From an uncultured Candidatus Saccharibacteria bacterium (lineage in GTDB: Bacteria > Patescibacteriota > Doudnabacteria > UBA920): 64,000 nucleotides of DNA. The DNA lies in contig CAYQEU010000001.1 in assembly GCA_964416765.1 (NCBI GenBank), positions 65,675 to 129,674 of the forward strand. The letters are read 5' to 3'. The notes beneath the pieces were generated by a model, which saw only the letters and a list, made by a program, of their open reading frames with translations, was not told where the DNA came from and did not search any database. A program made the translations under genes and the position numbers. This document shows, piece after piece, positions 1 through 9,804 of the stretch. Positions within the stretch are counted from its first letter, which is position 1. The number at the start of each line of letters is the position of its first letter.

Positions 1-750
1 ACCCTTACTTTCGAGGAGGCAGCCAAGGGAATAGAGAAAAGCATCACCCTGGAAAAGAAAGACAAATGTAAGACTTGTGAAGGCTCTGGGGCGGAACCAG
101 GAACGAAGGTCATAACTTGTCCCGTTTGCCATGGCCAGGGCCAGATCCGCACTACCCGCCGCACAATTTTTGGCAACATGGCTGCTTCAACTACCTGTGA
201 ACGCTGTGAAGGCGATGGAAAGATTCCGGAAAAACCGTGCCATACCTGTAACGGCCGCGGCGTCCTGCGCCAGCAAAAAACACTGCAGGTAAAAATTCCC
301 GCGGGCATCGACAATGGCCAGCGTATTCGTGTTTCGGGAGAAGGTGAAGTAGGTTATCGTGCCTCAAATCCCGGAGATTTATACCTGACCATCCGGGTAT
401 TACCAAGCAAAGAATTTACCCGTAACGGCCCTAATCTGCTCAAGGATATTCCGGTTAGTTTTGCCCAGGCTGCTCTGGGCGCCAAAGTCTCCGTTGACAC
501 GCTGGAAGGCAAGATTGAAGTTAAGGTTCCTGCCGGGACGCAGTCAGGCCATGTCCTGCGCGTTGCAGGCAAGGGCATTCCCATAGTAAATAGCTCCAAA
601 AAAGGGGACTTAATGCTGACAATTCGGGTAGTTACTCCGCACAAGCTGACCAAAAAGGAAACTGAACTGCTTAAGGAGCTTGCCGAGCTAAAAGGGGAGT
701 CTGTGGAAGTAGATGAGGGCTTCTGGGACTCACTAAAGAAAAATTTCTAG
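1..750 (+). CDS. dnaJ: Chaperone DnaJ, C-terminal portion (5' end lies outside the window)
   Basis: The open frame runs from position 1. It has four CxxCxGxG zinc-finger repeats (CKTCEGSG, CPVCHGQG, CERCEGDG, CHTCNGRG) followed by DnaJ C-terminal beta domains, with a stop at 748-750. Confidence 0.85.
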   Translation, partial: TLTFEEAAKGIEKSITLEKKDKCKTCEGSGAEPGTKVITCPVCHGQGQIRTTRRTIFGNMAASTTCERCEGDGKIPEKPCHTCNGRGVLRQQKTLQVKIPAGIDNGQRIRVSGEGEVGYRASNPGDLYLTIRVLPSKEFTRNGPNLLKDIPVSFAQAALGAKVSVDTLEGKIEVKVPAGTQSGHVLRVAGKGIPIVNSSKKGDLMLTIRVVTPHKLTKKETELLKELAELKGESVEVDEGFWDSLKKNF

Positions 751-810
751 CCGGCTTCAGGAAAGTGGTATAATAAAACATATCCGTTTAGCGTAACTTT
801 CCTGAAATAA

Positions 811-1359
811 ATGTCACAATTTGAACACCTGAAGTTCCTGTTGCATACTTTCAACTGGCACGGCGCCTCTTGGGACCTGTTTATTCTTTTGTTCTGGCTC
901 GTTGCCAGCACAATGTATGCATTTGCCGCCGGTCGGGGGAGAATCCTGAGCGTGTTGGTTAGTATTTACATGGCCAAACTTTTGGTGATTGAGGCCCCTT
1001 TCTTAAGCACCGAAGTTTCCAAACACCTCAACATCAGCTTGCTGTCCATGCAGCAGCTGATTACGTTCGCCATTATCTTCATTGTTCTGTTTATTTTTTT
1101 GGCCCGTTACGCGTTTAAGACCGCGGTGGACGGCCGCCAGCTAATCGCGATCCCATTCAGCTTGGCTTTTGCCGTACTGCAGATCGGGTTGCTAATTAAC
1201 ATAGTGCTCAGCATGTTGCCGCAGCAGGTTCAGGAAAACCTTAGCCCACTAATCCAGTTTGTGTTTATACAAAACCCAGCCAGTTTTGTCTGGCTGGTGT
1301 TACCGGTTCTGTTCTTAATTTTCCTCGGCAAGTTTATTTCTGAGCGGCACGAGATGTAG
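811..1359 (+). CDS. Small integral membrane protein with 4-5 hydrophobic helices (CvpA-like size and topology; family not certain)
   Basis: The 182-aa ORF is dominated by hydrophobic segments. An extended -10 TGgTATAAT lies at 766-774. Confidence 0.5.
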   Translation: MSQFEHLKFLLHTFNWHGASWDLFILLFWLVASTMYAFAAGRGRILSVLVSIYMAKLLVIEAPFLSTEVSKHLNISLLSMQQLITFAIIFIVLFIFLARYAFKTAVDGRQLIAIPFSLAFAVLQIGLLINIVLSMLPQQVQENLSPLIQFVFIQNPASFVWLVLPVLFLIFLGKFISERHEM

Positions 1360-2215
1360 CGGGGCCATGGGACCAGCGCGCGAATATACCAGTGGAAATC
1401 ATCCGCTGGTTTTTTTGTTGCAGGCATAATTCGCCAAATTCTACCTGGCCCTTGAGTTCGGTCCGGGCGGCCATGGAATCTTCGAGGAGATTGTTGAGTG
1501 CAATAGCCGAAGAATTGGTCGCGTAACCGTTGATGAGCAGGAATTTGGCATTGGGGGAGAGCAGCGATATGCAATTAGAGAGGAGTTCGGGTAAGTCCTT
1601 GTTGAACTTCCATGTCTTTCCCGTAGGGGAGTGGCCAAAAGCCGGAGGGTCCATGAGGATGCCGTCGTAGGATTTTCCGCGTTTGATTTCCCGCTGCACG
1701 AACTTGGCCGCATCATCAAGCATCCAGCGAATGGAATCCTGGGGCAGGCGGTTGAGGGTCTGGTTTTCTTTAGCCCAGGTTATGGCCGGCCGGCTGGCGT
1801 CAACATGGGTAACGGAGTGCCCGGCTTGGGCCAAAATAACTGAAGCCGCGCCGGTGTAACCAAACAGGTTCAGGATATTTAATTTTTTGGAACCGGCGGT
1901 TTGCTGAAGCATCCATTCCCAGTTGGCGGCTTGCTCGGCAAAAATGCCCGTGTGTTTAAATGGGGTTAGGCGGGCCTTAAGTTTCGTGACATTAAAATTA
2001 ACTACCCACGATGCCGGTAGTTTCTTGCTGGTTTTCCATTCGCCTGAAAAGCTGGCGTCAGCTTTTTCCCAATCAGCGGCAGGCAGGCCGCGCTCCCAGA
2101 TAATTTGGGGATCCGGCCGCGCGAGCCTGACATCACCCCATTGTTCCAGCCGATAGCCGTTGCCGGTATCCAAGAGGGAAAAATCCCATTTCGACTTAAA
2201 AGTTGCCAGGGTCAT
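1334..2215 (-). CDS. Class I SAM-dependent RNA methyltransferase (RlmI/YccW-like)
   Basis: The 293-aa protein has the Rossmann SAM-binding motif LNLFGYTGAASV and DPPAF/G motifs characteristic of the RlmI/RlmK-type rRNA methyltransferase fold. Its start abuts the next gene. Confidence 0.7.
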   Translation of the reverse strand: MTLATFKSKWDFSLLDTGNGYRLEQWGDVRLARPDPQIIWERGLPAADWEKADASFSGEWKTSKKLPASWVVNFNVTKLKARLTPFKHTGIFAEQAANWEWMLQQTAGSKKLNILNLFGYTGAASVILAQAGHSVTHVDASRPAITWAKENQTLNRLPQDSIRWMLDDAAKFVQREIKRGKSYDGILMDPPAFGHSPTGKTWKFNKDLPELLSNCISLLSPNAKFLLINGYATNSSAIALNNLLEDSMAARTELKGQVEFGELCLQQKNQRMISTGIFARWSHGPATSRAAQK

Positions 2216-2823
2216 TAGTAAATGTTGAGGATTGTCCCAACTTGGGCCCAGTTATATAGGGGCTCCATCTCTTTGTAAGAAACGTTGATGCAGCCATGGC
2301 TCATGGGCCGGCCAAAATTGTTATGCCAGTAAGCCCCGTGGATGTAATAGTTTCCCTCAGTACCTTTTAAAAACTTCAGGTTCCATTTAGTGTTCTTGTA
2401 ATCGTATCCCGGGCCTTTGTATTCCACGACCGGAAGTTTATCAAGGATAGTATAAGTCCCTTTGGGGGTTTCCTTGCCCTTAACCCCGCTGGAGATTTTA
2501 ATCTTTTTCATTTGGTAAGGCCCAACCGAGTAGCTGAGCGTTTGGGTTTTCAGTTCAACGTCGATGTGTTTTTGCAATTGGTCCGGTGACCACGAGTTGG
2601 GGTCAGTTTGCAGTTGAACTTCCATTCCGTCGCCCACGCCGTCGCCGTCCGTGTCGGGATTATGCGCGTCAGTTTGGAACAGGACTTCGTCATAATCAGC
2701 CAAGCCGTCGCCATCCGCGTCCGGAATGGGTTGGGTTTTGGCCATGGCTAAGCCTCCCGGGACCGCAAGTGTGAGCATGATAGCAATGGCGGCAAAAAGT
2801 TGTAATCGGTGGGAAATTTTCAT
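2215..2823 (-). CDS. Secreted L,D-transpeptidase (YkuD-type) with N-terminal thrombospondin-type-3-like Asp-rich Ca-binding repeats
   Basis: There is a signal peptide (MKISHRLQLFAAIAIMLTLAVPGGLAMA), DADGDGLADYDE and DTDGDGVGD repeats, and a C-terminal catalytic HG...SHGC motif (IHGAYWHNNFGRPMSHGCINV). Confidence 0.75.
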   Translation of the reverse strand: MKISHRLQLFAAIAIMLTLAVPGGLAMAKTQPIPDADGDGLADYDEVLFQTDAHNPDTDGDGVGDGMEVQLQTDPNSWSPDQLQKHIDVELKTQTLSYSVGPYQMKKIKISSGVKGKETPKGTYTILDKLPVVEYKGPGYDYKNTKWNLKFLKGTEGNYYIHGAYWHNNFGRPMSHGCINVSYKEMEPLYNWAQVGTILNIY

Positions 2824-2867
2824 AATAGTAACGCTATTATACTATAAAACAATGGTATACTGAAACT

Positions 2868-5780
2868 ATGCCCGAGAAATACTCTCCTGAAATAAACGAT
2901 ATGCGCCGGGAGGCTTACAGTGAAGGTTCTCCCCTCCATGAAGCGCGAAAAAAAAGAGACGAAGAAAGAAAAGCCAGTACTAAAATTTCCAGCCGGTTAT
3001 TCGGCAGTGCCACCTCACATGTTGAGGCGGCCAACAGGGCGAGCGAAGAAGCACATCGATTGCATCTGGAAGCGAAGCAAAGGATTGACCTGGCCAAGGC
3101 CCGGTGGAAGGTGGACTTTGAATCTACTGGAAACGCCAAAACTGACCAGCATTTATTGCAATGGTATTTTGAACGGTTTCGGGGACGCTCCGAAGCTTAC
3201 CCGGTCGCAACCGATAGCTTTATCGGCAAGTCGCGGAATGAGTACAACGCCGCGTGGCTAAGTCGTGAGTTAGTGCAAAATTTTGTAGACCACAATCCGG
3301 ATCATCCCGGTACTTTAGACGGAGTAGAAGCAACTGAAGAAGATTTGGGTAATAATACTTCCCGCTTTACCATCCACGGTAACTGGTCATTTGAAGACCC
3401 AACCGGCATTATTAGCCCTCACTCCGACAAGCCGGAAGGCATGAATACCGCAGGTGGTAATGGCATTGGTTTAAAGCAAACGGCGATTCGGTTGATGCGC
3501 GATTTCGGCGCGAAGAAATTTGAAATACAAGGCGATGAATGGGTAGCCAACTATCAGTTGGTCAAGAAAGACCAGGTCAACAAGGAACTGCGTCAGGTTT
3601 TTGACTTAGTCGAGAAACCGCAAAACCGGCAGCTGCAGCACGATTGGCTGGTTGCCAAGCTAAAGGGATCAAAAGAAAATAATGGTAACGCTTATGTAAT
3701 TGAAACGGATAATGAAGAATTGATCCATGCTCTCCGCAAGTTTAACGAACTTGGTGTATCGGAAGGTAACCCGTACCTGAAAGATCCTGACTTTAAGAAT
3801 GAAGAAGGTTCGATAAAATGGATTCTGCCCAAAGACATTGCCGATAAGCCTGAAGGACGTTTGTTCATTAATGGGCAAGTCATGAATTATGACCATAAAG
3901 GAGACTCGTCAGACAGTTACTGGGTTGGCCCGAAGTATATGACCTTGCAGTTAAACAACGTGGATTATAAAATCAGTGTTGACCGCCCGCCGGTAAACAG
4001 TTTTGAACTTCAGCGCTACGCTGAAAAGTTGGTTAACTCCATGACTACTGAACAGCTGGTGGAACAGCTAAAGCTTTCGGAACCGATATGGACCACTACG
4101 GAGGACGAAAAGACGGGATCGCTGGGAGTTATATTGAAAATGGTAAGTACGCTGGGATATAGGAGTGACTACAAAGCGGAAGATTTTGGTTCCGTGTTCG
4201 GCAACAAGTACCTGGCCGCGGAGTACAGCATAACGGCATCACAGCGAAAGCAGCTTGAAGAGCGAGGTTTTATCTTATGCCCATCCCGATTCAGTTCCAT
4301 AGGCATGCCTAAGGCATCCAGTGAGTTGGGGGACTTTGAGGTAGCCACCAACCAGAAGCCTGATGCATGGCGGTCCAAGCGAACTTTGGAAAAAGAAGCC
4401 GAAGCAAACGGGGTGCCCGTAGCTTTTGAGCAAGTTAAAGCCAGCAGCGGAGCGCAATTATTTGGCTTAATTAAGGAGCGATTGGGACAGTTTAACCCAC
4501 AATTGCTATCCGAACCGGGAAGCAATAAAATGCGGATTCGTTTGGAAGGATCCATCCCGCCAAAACTTCTTTCCAGCATACTAGCCAACCCAACAACCGA
4601 AGAACAAAAAGCCCTATATTTCATTCGCGGGGTAGCCATGAAAGGCCTAACTGATCGTGCCCTGCAAAATATGTACATGTCCCAGGGGGAATACGTTACT
4701 ACTTTCGCGCTCGACCACGATATTGAAACCAAGGAAGATTCTTTATATGTCAGGAATACAAAGTCCGCGAGTCCTGAAGGATGGTTTATAGAATTCGAAG
4801 TGACCGAGAAGGACAGGGAAGCAGTTTTGTCAGCGTTCCAGGAAGCGCCGGAAGCTAAACCCGCAACGAACCCGCAGATCGGCATCGTACCGGCTAGGGG
4901 AGAAGTTCAGCCTACAGAAGCGCTAGCGAAACAACCAGCTACAGAGAACGAGAATACCGCTTTAGCCAAACCACGGCCGAAAGCTTACCCGACTAGAATA
5001 GTTGATATCGAGTTAACTCCCGAAGCCCGGGAAATTGCCGATAAATTGGAAAAGGAAATTCCCGAGTTGGCCGAGACCGTCGGAAAGCTAGAAAGCATTT
5101 TGCCCAAAGAGGAAGCAAACAGCGGCGTTGATTACCGCGTGGCGATGTACCAGGAGCTGCAACAATCGGGGGAAATTGACCGGGTGGCTTTGCGCAATTC
5201 CAATTACCTGGGGAGCAAAACCTTACTGGAAATTTTGGATGATTATAACAACGTAAACATATCCACGGTATCTGTTAACCGTGAAATTAGCGGCGCTGAA
5301 ACTAAGCTGACTTCCCTTAACCGCAGGATAGCGAATGTAGCCAACCGGTTCCGTCCATCGGAAGAAATGGTCAATAATGATTTTGAGATTGTCATGGATC
5401 CGGAAGAACGGCAATTAATCCAACTCGGCATGCTCCGCGCTTATGTCGCTTTCGTTACCGACGCGCAGTTCAACAACGATTTCCTGCTGTTCCGCGGGTC
5501 CGGCACCCGGGCCATTAACATCGACAAAAAGGCGATTGGCTTCCATGAAGAATTATTGAAGCAGGAATTTGGCAAAACTGTAATGTCCGCTTTGCATGAA
5601 GTGGCACACAACGAAGTTTCCAACCACGGCCCGCAGTTTATTTCCATGCTCCAAGCGTTAACGGCTCGCGCCCAGGAAAGACTGCTTGGCGTTATTGACA
5701 AGCAAAGCAGGGGAGAGCAGCTGGATGAAACAGAACAAATAATCCAGGCAATCTACCAAGAGTGGGAAAAAATGAGATAA
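2868..5780 (+). CDS. Large orphan protein (970 aa) with N-terminal GHKL/HATPase_c-like motifs and a C-terminal HExxHx5H zincin-like motif
   Basis: It is a single long ORF with an RBS-like GAAACTATG context. Candidate GHKL motifs are an N-box-like ELVQNFVDH and a G2-box-like GGNGIGLKQTAI. An HEVAHNEVSNH motif sits about 60 aa from the C-terminus. No other family is recognisable. A hairpin terminator follows at 5782-5808. Confidence 0.6.
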   Translation: MPEKYSPEINDMRREAYSEGSPLHEARKKRDEERKASTKISSRLFGSATSHVEAANRASEEAHRLHLEAKQRIDLAKARWKVDFESTGNAKTDQHLLQWYFERFRGRSEAYPVATDSFIGKSRNEYNAAWLSRELVQNFVDHNPDHPGTLDGVEATEEDLGNNTSRFTIHGNWSFEDPTGIISPHSDKPEGMNTAGGNGIGLKQTAIRLMRDFGAKKFEIQGDEWVANYQLVKKDQVNKELRQVFDLVEKPQNRQLQHDWLVAKLKGSKENNGNAYVIETDNEELIHALRKFNELGVSEGNPYLKDPDFKNEEGSIKWILPKDIADKPEGRLFINGQVMNYDHKGDSSDSYWVGPKYMTLQLNNVDYKISVDRPPVNSFELQRYAEKLVNSMTTEQLVEQLKLSEPIWTTTEDEKTGSLGVILKMVSTLGYRSDYKAEDFGSVFGNKYLAAEYSITASQRKQLEERGFILCPSRFSSIGMPKASSELGDFEVATNQKPDAWRSKRTLEKEAEANGVPVAFEQVKASSGAQLFGLIKERLGQFNPQLLSEPGSNKMRIRLEGSIPPKLLSSILANPTTEEQKALYFIRGVAMKGLTDRALQNMYMSQGEYVTTFALDHDIETKEDSLYVRNTKSASPEGWFIEFEVTEKDREAVLSAFQEAPEAKPATNPQIGIVPARGEVQPTEALAKQPATENENTALAKPRPKAYPTRIVDIELTPEAREIADKLEKEIPELAETVGKLESILPKEEANSGVDYRVAMYQELQQSGEIDRVALRNSNYLGSKTLLEILDDYNNVNISTVSVNREISGAETKLTSLNRRIANVANRFRPSEEMVNNDFEIVMDPEERQLIQLGMLRAYVAFVTDAQFNNDFLLFRGSGTRAINIDKKAIGFHEELLKQEFGKTVMSALHEVAHNEVSNHGPQFISMLQALTARAQERLLGVIDKQSRGEQLDETEQIIQAIYQEWEKMR

Positions 5781-5781
5781 C

Positions 5782-5808
5782 AAAAAAACGCCATCTGGCG
5801 TTTTTTTC
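5782..5808. terminator. Rho-independent terminator, bidirectional (A-run upstream, T-run downstream)
   Basis: The sequence caaaaaaACGCCatctGGCGTtttttttc lies 2 nt after the stop of the 970-aa ORF. Confidence 0.7.
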
Positions 5809-5871
5809 TGGTGGGTCGGCCCGCTTTCGCGCGCACTCCCACTAAAAATATCGCCAACGGCGATATTAAAA

Positions 5872-5947
5872 TGGTGGGTCGGGTGGGGTTCGAACCCACG
5901 ACAAATGGCTTAAAAGGCCACTGCTCTACCGACTGAGCTACCGACCC
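5872..5947 (-). tRNA. tRNA-Lys (anticodon UUU)
   Basis: The reverse complement is GGGTCGGTAGCTCAGTCGGTAGAGCAGTGGCCTTTTAAGCCATTTGTCGTGGGTTCGAACCCCACCCGACCCACCA. It folds as a cloverleaf with anticodon loop CUUUUAA, a T-loop GGTTCGAAC, and an encoded CCA. Confidence 0.9.
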
Positions 5948-6059
5948 AGACGAATTACCGCCCATATTTGGCGGATAACTAGCGTATTTTAACGCATTTA
6001 GCGCTTTTTTTCAAGGGGCAAGGGGCCGCACTCTGGTATAATGAAGAAAACAATCCCTT

Positions 6060-7283
6060 ATGAAACAAATAGTAATCTGCGGCGCCGGGTTCGGTGGCCT
6101 AAACTGCGCTCTTAAATTGTCCGAGCTAATGCCGGACGCGAATATAACCTTGGTTGATGAGAGCCCCTACCACGTGCTCCACGCTTTTTTGTATGAAGTG
6201 GCCACGGGTGATGAAGAAACCGCGCCCATGATGGACATGGTCCGCAGCGTAGCCGTTCCTATCATCATGGCTATAAAAGGGAAGAACATTACTTTCAAGC
6301 AGGCACGGGTGGAAGCGGTGAATGCTCAAACAAAAACGGTGAAGCTAGACCACGGTAGCCTTAATTACGATTACCTAGTCATGGCGCTCGGCTCGACTTC
6401 GAACTATTATGGTATTCCGGGCGCTGAACAATACTCCTTGCCCTTCAAGACCTTACGGGACGCCCTGGCTATTCGCAACCGGGTGGAGTTCGCGGTGGAA
6501 GCGGCGCGTCTTTCCGGCAAGCGGGACAAGCTTCGCTTTGTTGTCGCTGGCGGCGGTTTTGCCGGTGTGGAATTGGCTGCTGAACTAAAAGGCCTTCTCG
6601 ATTTCCTTTCCTGGAAAAACAACTACCCCCGTCATATGATGGACATCATGATAGTCGAAGGCGCTCCAACAGTCATGCCCGGCATGCCGGAGCGAGTGAG
6701 CCGCGACACCTTTGACCGTCTTGAATCATTGAACATAAACCTTCAGCTCAAGTCACTAATTACAAATGTCACCGACACTTTTTTGGAATTGAACACCGGC
6801 GACAAGCTGCACTATGACTTGCTCGTTTGGACAGCTGGAGTACGGGCCATAACCGTACCCATGGAGCCGGAGATGGAGCTGGAAAAGGGAGGCCGCATCG
6901 CGACCAACGAATTTTTCCAGGCCAAGGCCGACAACAACATTTTCGTCATTGGCGACCAGTGCTGTTTCATTGGCAGTGACGGACGCCCTTTGCCGGGTAC
7001 CGCGACCCAGGCCACCGACCATGGCAAGTACGTGGCCCACGCTCTTGAGTCAATCCTTAACAACCGCAAACCGGAACCTTACGAGTGCAAAGATTTTGGC
7101 TATGCCATTGCCTTGGGAGGGAAGTGGGCAATTGGCATCGCGCCGGGAATGTACTGGAAAGGCTATATTACTAGTTATGTCATGAAAGTGGAGTGGTACC
7201 GCTACCTCAAACCGATTGTGGGGCGATGGAATGCCTTCAAACTGGTGTGGTTCCAGACTAAGCTTTATTCCCGAAATGACTAA
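6060..7283 (+). CDS. ndh: Type II NADH dehydrogenase (NDH-2), FAD-dependent pyridine nucleotide-disulfide oxidoreductase
   Basis: There is an N-terminal GAGFGG dinucleotide-binding motif and a second Rossmann motif VVAGGGFAGVE. The length is 407 aa. An extended -10 TGgTATAAT lies at 6034-6042. Confidence 0.8.
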   Translation: MKQIVICGAGFGGLNCALKLSELMPDANITLVDESPYHVLHAFLYEVATGDEETAPMMDMVRSVAVPIIMAIKGKNITFKQARVEAVNAQTKTVKLDHGSLNYDYLVMALGSTSNYYGIPGAEQYSLPFKTLRDALAIRNRVEFAVEAARLSGKRDKLRFVVAGGGFAGVELAAELKGLLDFLSWKNNYPRHMMDIMIVEGAPTVMPGMPERVSRDTFDRLESLNINLQLKSLITNVTDTFLELNTGDKLHYDLLVWTAGVRAITVPMEPEMELEKGGRIATNEFFQAKADNNIFVIGDQCCFIGSDGRPLPGTATQATDHGKYVAHALESILNNRKPEPYECKDFGYAIALGGKWAIGIAPGMYWKGYITSYVMKVEWYRYLKPIVGRWNAFKLVWFQTKLYSRND

Positions 7284-7305
7284 AACAAAAAACCGCCAGG
7301 ATCAG

Positions 7306-9585
7306 TTAGGCGGTTTTCTTTTTGGTTGATTTGGCGCGGCTTGTCTTGGTTGCGCCTTTTTCACCTTTGGGTTTCGGCGGGTTTGCTTTCCAGGCTTTCC
7401 ACATTTCTTCCAATTCTTCCTGAGTTTCCGGTTTTTTATTCATGACCAGAGTACAGTCGGGGAAGCGGGTGCAGGCAAAGAATGGTTTGCCTCGTCCCCG
7501 GGACTTCTTTTCCACTATGTCACCGGGCTTGTCAGCGCGGTCTGGGGTAGCCAGGCATTCCGGGCACTTAAAGCCAGTCTTGTTCCAAATTTTTGATATG
7601 CCTTTGCACTTTGGATAATCAACACAGCCGAGGAAGAACCCGAACCGGCCGCGTTTTACTTCCATCTGCTTGCCGCAAACAGGGCAGAGCTCGCCTTTGG
7701 TTTTTTCAGTCAGTTCGGCAATCTTGGCGGCTTCTTCCGGCATCGGCAAAGTAACCTTGCTGCCTTCTTCAGGACACGCCAGGAACTTGCCCATGCGGCC
7801 AAACTTGATGAGCATCGGCTTACCGCAATGCGGGCAAGGCGTGTCGGAAATTTCCACCTGTTTTTCCACGGCGGCTTCCCGTTCAACTAAATGTTTTTTA
7901 AACGGCTTGTAAAATTCTTCAATGACCGGGACCCACTTTAGGGTACCTTCGGCGATTTGGTCGAACTCTTCTTCAATATGGGAAGTAAAGTTGATATCCA
8001 CGATTTCGGGGAAGTTTTCCACGAGCATGTCATTAACCAAAACTCCTTCCTCGCTTGGTTTGTATTTCTTCTCCTCTTTGGTAACGTAACCGCGTTCCTG
8101 GATAGTGGCCAGGGTTGGCGCGTACGTGGAAGGTCGGCCCACGCCGTGCGCTTCCAGAGCTTTAATCAAAGTTGCGTCAGAATATCGCGCCGGGGGTTCG
8201 GTAAAGTGCTGGAGGGGAGAGAGCTGGTGCAATTGCAAAACCTGCCCAACGGCCAATTCCGGCAAAGCGCCTTCCACTTCGTCCTCAGGGATTTCATCAC
8301 GGCCTTCAGTGTAAGCGCGGACAAAACCATCAAACTTAACCACTTGCCCATTGGCCCGGAAACCGTAATCGCCGGCTTCGATATCCACGGCAGTTTGGTC
8401 AAACACCGCCTGCGCCATTTGCGAGGCCACGGTGCGCTTCCAAATTAAGTCATAGACGCGGGCTTGGCTGCGCTCCAATTCTGACTTCAGGTCTTCCGGC
8501 AGCTTGGACAAGTCGCTGGGACGAATGGCTTCGTGCGCTTCCTGGGCTCCTTTGCTTTTGTTGGTGTAGTGGCGCGGTTCGCTTAACTGGTACTGCTTGC
8601 CGAACTGGCTGCCGATAACTTCCTGCGCCTGCTTCAAAGCGGATTCGGCCAGGTTCAGACTGTCGGTTCTCATGTAGGTAATGTAGCCGCGTTCATATAG
8701 CTGCTGGGCCACGACCATGGTTTGCTTGGCGCTAAACCCAAGCTTGCGCGCGGCCTCCTGCTGGAGGGTGGATGTAGTAAAAGGCGGGGATGGGTTTCGC
8801 TTGACTTCCTTGTGGGTTACATCAACTACTTTATAGCTCGCGCCTTCCATAGCGACAGTAATTTTCCTGGCAGCGGCTTCACTGTCAATGGCCATCTTGC
8901 CCACGGCCTTGCCGTGGTCTTTGTTCAACTTAGCGACAAATTTAACGGAGTCCTTTTCTTTGGAAAGTTCAGCTTCAATGGACCAGTATTCCTGGGCGAC
9001 GAACTTTTCGATTTCCCTCTCACGTTCAACAATCAAACGAACGGCCACGGACTGCACGCGGCCGGCGGACAGGCCATAACGGATCTTGCGCCATAGGAAA
9101 GGGGATAATTCATAGCCAACCAGGCGGTCGAGCACGCGGCGCGCCTGCTGGGCGTCTACCAGGCGTAAGTCGAGCCCGCGGGGGTTTTCCAGGGCTTTAT
9201 TGATCGCTGACTCGGTAATTTCATGGAAGACTATGCGCTTAACCCGGCTGTCGGCTTTGCCCTGCGCGATATCGGCTTCATCACCAAGCCCCAGGGCCTG
9301 AACCAGGTGCCACGAAATAGCCTCGCCTTCGCGGTCTTCATCAGTCGCCAATATAATAGAACCGGCCTTTTTGGCCGCTTCTTTTAATTTGGCAATCACT
9401 TCCTTGGCTTTCACGGGGATGGTGTAGTGCGGGGCAAACCCGTTGTCCACGTCAATGGACAGCTTGGATTTCGGCAAATCCCGGACATGGCCAAAAGACG
9501 CCTCTACTATATAATTGGCGCCCAGAAATTTGGAAATTGTCTTGGCCTTGGTAGGCGACTCTACTATTATTAAATCTTTAGCCAC
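7306..9585 (-). CDS. topA: DNA topoisomerase I
   Basis: The N-terminal TOPRIM motif is LIIVESPTKAKTI. There is an active-site Tyr region and multiple C-terminal C4 zinc-ribbon repeats (CPHCGKPM, CPVCGKQM, CPEC). The protein is 759 aa with a Lys-rich tail. Confidence 0.9.
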   Translation of the reverse strand: MAKDLIIVESPTKAKTISKFLGANYIVEASFGHVRDLPKSKLSIDVDNGFAPHYTIPVKAKEVIAKLKEAAKKAGSIILATDEDREGEAISWHLVQALGLGDEADIAQGKADSRVKRIVFHEITESAINKALENPRGLDLRLVDAQQARRVLDRLVGYELSPFLWRKIRYGLSAGRVQSVAVRLIVEREREIEKFVAQEYWSIEAELSKEKDSVKFVAKLNKDHGKAVGKMAIDSEAAARKITVAMEGASYKVVDVTHKEVKRNPSPPFTTSTLQQEAARKLGFSAKQTMVVAQQLYERGYITYMRTDSLNLAESALKQAQEVIGSQFGKQYQLSEPRHYTNKSKGAQEAHEAIRPSDLSKLPEDLKSELERSQARVYDLIWKRTVASQMAQAVFDQTAVDIEAGDYGFRANGQVVKFDGFVRAYTEGRDEIPEDEVEGALPELAVGQVLQLHQLSPLQHFTEPPARYSDATLIKALEAHGVGRPSTYAPTLATIQERGYVTKEEKKYKPSEEGVLVNDMLVENFPEIVDINFTSHIEEEFDQIAEGTLKWVPVIEEFYKPFKKHLVEREAAVEKQVEISDTPCPHCGKPMLIKFGRMGKFLACPEEGSKVTLPMPEEAAKIAELTEKTKGELCPVCGKQMEVKRGRFGFFLGCVDYPKCKGISKIWNKTGFKCPECLATPDRADKPGDIVEKKSRGRGKPFFACTRFPDCTLVMNKKPETQEELEEMWKAWKANPPKPKGEKGATKTSRAKSTKKKTA

Positions 9586-9652
9586 GTTAACAAATTTAAG
9601 TACAAACGGGATTTTACCCTGCCGTTCACGGTTCTGTCAAATTTAAAATTTT

Positions 9653-9793
9653 TTATGGCTGCTCCGTGCGCTGAAAATCCGGGTTGGAATACCGGCTTGG
9701 GCTGAGCGTCGGCTCATAGCGGAGTATCCCCAGCGTCACCGCGATAACGAACAGTGCGGCGAGGATGATATGCCAAATTTTAATGTCTTTCAT
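9653..9793 (-). CDS. Possible tiny membrane protein (46 aa, single TM)
   Basis: The ORF MKDIKIWHIILAALFVIAVTLGILRYEPTLSPSRYSNPDFQRTEQP lies between dprA and topA on the same strand. It has no clear RBS, so confidence is low. Confidence 0.25.
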   Translation of the reverse strand: MKDIKIWHIILAALFVIAVTLGILRYEPTLSPSRYSNPDFQRTEQP

Positions 9794-9804
9794 GGGCTTA
9801 AATT

